From NCBI GenBank assembly GCA_963758535.1, contig CAVWVT010000015.1, positions 202,472 to 266,471 on the forward strand: a stretch of 64,000 nt of DNA, in the 5' to 3' direction. The notes beneath the pieces are model-generated. The model ran no database searches. It was not told where the DNA came from and saw only the letters and a list, made by a program, of their open reading frames with translations. Source of the DNA: an uncultured Verrucomicrobiae bacterium (GTDB lineage Bacteria; Verrucomicrobiota; Verrucomicrobiia; Chthoniobacterales; UBA10450). Made by a program: the position numbers and the translations under genes. Of the stretch, positions 59,568-64,000 are shown one piece after another. Numbering within the stretch: the first letter of the stretch is position 1; each line of letters starts with the position of its first letter.

Positions 59568-61613
59568 CTAACGAGTCGCGCCTGCTTGCCCGGTCCGCGT
59601 CCCCATTCCCAGGATCCAGCGATAAAGCACGAAACCGATGACCACGAAAGCAATCCCCCCGATGATAATTGCCGGCATTTCAAAGGATGGGCCCACCAAG
59701 GCGAGCGGGTTCTGGACGCCACTGAAACCTACGACGCCGGCATAGATCACGGCCAGGAGACTCTCCCCAACGATCAGGCCCGAGGCGAGCAGCACGCCCA
59801 GTTGCTTGATCGCCTCGGCATTCTCGCGGCGCTCTGCGTAGCGGTCGAACCATGCGCCCACCAGCGCTCCCACGACAACCATCAGCGTGGTCGAAGTGGG
59901 CAGGTAGATGCCGAGCCCGACCGCCAACGGCGGCAGGCGCGGACCTTTCTTCGCGAGCCCGAGAATTTCGTCGAGGAAGATAATGGCGACACCGATCACG
60001 GCGCCGAGCCCGATCATGTTCCAAGGCACATCGCCGGTAATGACGCCCTTGGCCAGCGCCGAGATCAGGCCCGCCTGGGGTGCTGGAAGGGCCCGCGCGG
60101 GATCAGCGCCCGGGGCTCCAAGGAACCCGTAAGTGTTCTGCAGCAACTGCATCACCGGCGGGATTACGACCGCGCCCGCCAGCACGCCGATGACCAGCGC
60201 CCACTGTTGCAGCGCCGGCGTGGCATCGACCAGTTGGCCGGTTTTGAGATCCTGGAGGTTGTTGTTTGCGATCGACGCCACCGCGAACACGATCGCGGTG
60301 ATGAACAACGCAAATCCGACCAGCGCTTTGTCCGCGCCCGGTGGCAGGAATGGCTTCACCGCCAGGACCAGCAACAGTGCCGCCACCACCACGACCAAAA
60401 TGCCGATCCCGGAAAGCGGGCTGTTGCTGGAGCCGATCAGGCCGGCCATGTAGCCGCACACGGCCGAGACAAGAAAACTCATCAGGACAACAAACGCCAC
60501 GCCGCCGATCACCAGCGTTAGCGACGGCAGCGCCCAACCCGTTTTGGATCGCGAAAGTCCACAGCAACCAGCCGATCGGGATAAAGCAGAGCAGCGAGAC
60601 CAGTCCGACGATGCCAATCGGTATGTCGTGCTCGGTGCGCGGCAGTTGATCGAGCGTGCCGGCCTTCCGTGCGCGCGAAGCGCGGAAGGATCCGGCGAGG
60701 CCGTCGGCCAGCGGCTTCACCAGCTTCGCCAGTGTCCAGATTGCGGCCACACCGATGGCACCCGCGCCCATGAAGCGCACATAGTGGGTCCATCCGGCGC
60801 GAGCCGCGTCGGCGGCCGGGCCCGCCGTCCAGTGGAGATGCGTGAAGTAGGGCACGGCCCACGCCCAACCGATCAGCGCACCGACCAGCATCGCGACGCC
60901 CACCCACAAGCCGACCAAATGCCCGATGGCCAGCAACGCGAACGACAACCCAAAATCGAACCCCGTCGCTCCGCTCCTCGCGCCACCCCGACGCGAAAGT
61001 AACTGGTCACGGCTTCGGCAAACACCTTGGTCTGCACCATCACATAAAACACCGCCGACACGATGGCACCCCACACGACGGCCTTAAGGCCAGCGCCGCT
61101 CGTTTCCACCCTTTCCGCCTCCGTGCCGCGCGCGTCACCCGATCCGACCTTTAGCACTTCCGCGCAGGCCACACCTTCCGGGTAGGGAAGATCCGAATCC
61201 GTGACCATCGCCCGCCGCAACGGGATCGTGTACATCACGCCGAGGATGCCGCCGGTGGCGCAGATCGCGGCCGATGTCCAGAATGGAAACCCCGACCAGT
61301 AGCCCACGATGACGAGACCGGGGAGCACGAAAATGATCGCCGAGAGCGTGCCGGCCGCGGAAGCGATCGTCTGCACGATGTTGTTTTCCTGAATGGTGGC
61401 GTCGCGCATCGCCTTCAAGATCGCCATCGAAATGACCGCCGCCGGGATGGAGGTCGAAAAGGTGAGGCCAGCTTTCAGTCCGAAGTAAACATTCGCTGCC
61501 GTGAAAACGATCGTGATGACGATGCCGATGATGATGCCGCGAAGGGTGAGTTCGGGACGCCGTTTTTCATCGATCATGTCGTTAGGCGAATTGGACGTGG
61601 TGATTGTTGCCAT
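59568..61613 (-). pseudogene. OPT family oligopeptide transporter (copy 2, tandem paralogue), two frame changes (~60990, ~60540)
   Basis: Pieces 60873..61703 (ATG at 61613), 60103..61074 and 59568..60617. ELTLRGIIIGIVITIVFTAANVYFGLKAGLTFSTSIPAAV... Confidence 0.85.
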
Positions 61614-61754
61614 GGGATTTTTTGAGCTGGAGCGCCTTCCTGATTGAGTGTTGTCCCGCTGTTCGCGCTTGGAGAGAACAACAGTTTTATCGCCAAAGGT
61701 CAAGAGCGCGCAATCGAGTGAGAAGTTTTGAAATAAGTGCAGTTCAAAGGGCAG

Positions 61755-61857
61755 GTCATCCTGAGCGAAGCGAAGGACCTCGCGAGTAAGGACAGATCTG
61801 AATTATGGGCGAACGTTTCGAACATTCGTAAGGTCCCTCGCTTTCGCTCGGGATGAC
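61755..61857. repeat. Family-2 inverted-repeat element
   Basis: GTCATCCTGAGCGAAGCGAAGGACCTCGCGAG ... AAGGTCCCTCGCTTTCGCTCGGGATGAC. Confidence 0.85.
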
Positions 61858-61982
61858 CAGCGGAAGTGACTCGTTAGGGCGTCGGCGTTGCGGATTGTTT
61901 TTTCCAACGCTGATCGAAGCGCCTTGATTCTTTAGTCGTCGCCTTGCAGGTGAGAATGCTTCGCACAGCGAAGCGGTTACAT

Positions 61983-64000
61983 TCACTCTTCGTGCAGCGC
62001 GACTATCGGATCGACCTTCGTCGCGCGTCGTGCGGGAAGATAATTGGCGAGCAACGCGACGCAGCCGAGCACGAGCACAACAAGCAGGAACGTTTCTGGG
62101 TCGCCGGTGCCGACACCGAAAAGTAATCCAGCAAGCAATCTCGTTAGTCCAAAAGAAGCAACCAACCCGACGGCGACACCAATCGCCGCAAGCTTGAGTC
62201 CATTTCCGATCACGAGGCGAAATACATCTGGCCGTTGCGCACCGAGTGCGAGGCGAATGCCGATCTCGCGCGTCCTTTGCGTCACACGCAACGCCATCAC
62301 GCCGAACAATCCGATTGCGGCAAGCGTTAAGGCGAGACCAGCAAAAGTGCCTACAAGTGTCATCGTCAGGCGACGCGAAGCCATGTCATTCGAAATTGCG
62401 CGCCGCATTGTGGTGATGTCGGAGACCGGCTGATCGGGATCAACAGCGAGCACTTCACGCTTCACCGTTTCGCCGTAGGAAAGCGGATCGCCGGACGCGA
62501 CACGCACCAGCAATATCTGTTCGGTCTGCGAAAACTGCTCGGTGGAATAATACATCTGCGGCATGTTGAGCTTTTCAAACGCATCCGCGGGATCCTCTGT
62601 GCGGACGCGGCCGACTACGCCGATCACCGTCAGCGGCGGCGGATTTTTTTCGAGCGTCTGGTTGTTATCGATGTGTTTGCCGATCGGATCCTCGCCGGGG
62701 AAGAATCGTTTCGCGAACGAATCGTCGATAATCACCGACCAATTCTTCCCCGGTCGATCTTCCGATCCAAAGACGCGGCCGCGCAATAGTGGGATGCCCA
62801 TTGTCTTGAAATAGTCGGAAGAAACGACGCTCACCTGTGCGGAAGGTTCTTTCCCGGGGGGATCGGCCGGCTTACCCGTGATGTGAAAGCTTGAATCCCA
62901 TTCGTCGCCATCGAACGGAATATTTTCCGCGGAGGTTGCAGTCAGAACGCCCGGCAATGCGCGCACGCGCTCGAGAACGAGACGGAAAAATTGCGTGACT
63001 TTCGCATCGTCGGCATAGCGCGCTTTTGGCAGCGCAATCGACATTTCGAGCAATTGGTCCGGATTAAATCCGTAAGCGAGACGATTTACTTCACGAAAAC
63101 TTTTCAGAAGCAGCCCTGCGCCAGTCAGCAACACCAGCGCGAGCGCAACCTGCGCAACCACCAATCCCGCGCGCAGACGCTGACGATCGGCGCCATCGCT
63201 GCTGCCGCGGCCGCCTTCGCGCAAAGCCAACGCCGGTGTCGCTGCGCCGGCGATACGCCACGCTGGCCAGACGCCAGCCATGAGACCGGCCAGAGTCGCG
63301 ACACCAGCGGTAAAAAGAAGCGCCGGCATGTTGATGTGAATGTTGTGAAAACGCAGCTCGTTCGCCGGACTTAAGGCGACGATGATATCGAGTCCCCACA
63401 CCGAAAGGAGCACGCCGGCAGCGGCGCCGACGAAAGCGAGGATCACGCTTTCAGTTACAAGCTGCATGGTGAGCCGAAATCGGCTCGCGCCTAACGCGGC
63501 GCGCACACCGAGTTCGCGTTGTCGCCCCGTTCCACGAGCGAGCAAAAGCCCGGCGACATTTGCGCACGCGATCAGGAGCACGCAGGCGACAGCGCCGAAG
63601 AGCACGTAAAGATTGCTGCGATAATTGCCCACGGCGCTTTCGAGAAGCGTATCCATCGTCACGCGGCGGCCGGTGTTGTTATCGGGATATTGTTTCTCCA
63701 AATTTCGCGCGATGGTGTCGAAGTCCGCGCGCGCTTGTTCCAAGGTCACGCCATTTTTCAAACGTCCAAGAACTCGAAAGCCCGGATGATTTCCGCGTTC
63801 GAGAATATTCGGATCGGCGCGCATGTCGGCGAGCGGCGTAAAGATTTGTGGTTCACGCGACAGCTGCATTTGCGGAGGCAGCACGCCGATGATTTCCGTC
63901 GGCACACCGTTGAGCGTGACGCGCCGACCGAGCACCGTCGGGCTCGCGCCAAAACGCTGGTGCCATAAACGGTCGCCGATCATCCCCACGTGCGGCGCGC
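61983..64000 (-). CDS. ADOP/MacB-like duplicated FtsX-domain ABC permease (5' end outside window)
   Basis: Two FtsX-type TM modules with MacB-like periplasmic domains (…LGASRFRLTMQLVTESVILAF…, …REIGIRLALGAQRPDVFRLVIGNGL…). Frame still open at nt 64000. Confidence 0.85.
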   Translation of the reverse strand, partial: APHVGMIGDRLWHQRFGASPTVLGRRVTLNGVPTEIIGVLPPQMQLSREPQIFTPLADMRADPNILERGNHPGFRVLGRLKNGVTLEQARADFDTIARNLEKQYPDNNTGRRVTMDTLLESAVGNYRSNLYVLFGAVACVLLIACANVAGLLLARGTGRQRELGVRAALGASRFRLTMQLVTESVILAFVGAAAGVLLSVWGLDIIVALSPANELRFHNIHINMPALLFTAGVATLAGLMAGVWPAWRIAGAATPALALREGGRGSSDGADRQRLRAGLVVAQVALALVLLTGAGLLLKSFREVNRLAYGFNPDQLLEMSIALPKARYADDAKVTQFFRLVLERVRALPGVLTATSAENIPFDGDEWDSSFHITGKPADPPGKEPSAQVSVVSSDYFKTMGIPLLRGRVFGSEDRPGKNWSVIIDDSFAKRFFPGEDPIGKHIDNNQTLEKNPPPLTVIGVVGRVRTEDPADAFEKLNMPQMYYSTEQFSQTEQILLVRVASGDPLSYGETVKREVLAVDPDQPVSDITTMRRAISNDMASRRLTMTLVGTFAGLALTLAAIGLFGVMALRVTQRTREIGIRLALGAQRPDVFRLVIGNGLKLAAIGVAVGLVASFGLTRLLAGLLFGVGTGDPETFLLVVLVLGCVALLANYLPARRATKVDPIVALHEE

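Overview
This is a GC-rich (~57% by eye) bacterial chromosomal segment, mostly housekeeping and transport genes. It contains rpoD (3' part), ribD, two hsp20, a secreted haem peroxidase, recA, marR plus an SRPBCC gene, alaS, and an SGNH-like/MBOAT pair. It also has APC permeases, an S9 peptidase, osmC, a DHS-like gene, hldD, and a cobalamin riboswitch upstream of a BtuB-like receptor. Further along are proC, rmuC, two DUF885 genes, ctp, tsaD, ispA, and an ECF sigma/anti-sigma pair. The conserved block tRNA-Thr-tuf-tRNA-Trp-secE-nusG-rplK follows, then DUF2723, a second TonB receptor, recO, yceI, pxpBCA, two tandem OPT transporters and an ADOP/MacB-like permease. I found no rRNA, CRISPR array, prophage or recognisable defence island. 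Four things stand out. (1) The 8/9-mer TCGTTAGG(C) is strongly over-represented, on both strands and in several reading frames, and is enriched at gene ends, much like an uptake sequence. (2) An apparently intact REP-associated tyrosine transposase (RAYT) with its flanking REP hairpins sits in-frame and stop-free inside alaS, which also carries a second hairpin-cluster insertion. (3) At least four families of palindromic REP/MITE-like elements are present, about 20 copies or arms in total. (4) Frame changes are very unevenly distributed: about 16 genes are broken, some in dense clusters and including essential genes. This could be gene decay or local consensus error, and the sequence alone cannot decide. 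All coordinates and counts were derived by eye from the sequence and ORF track and may be off by a base or two.
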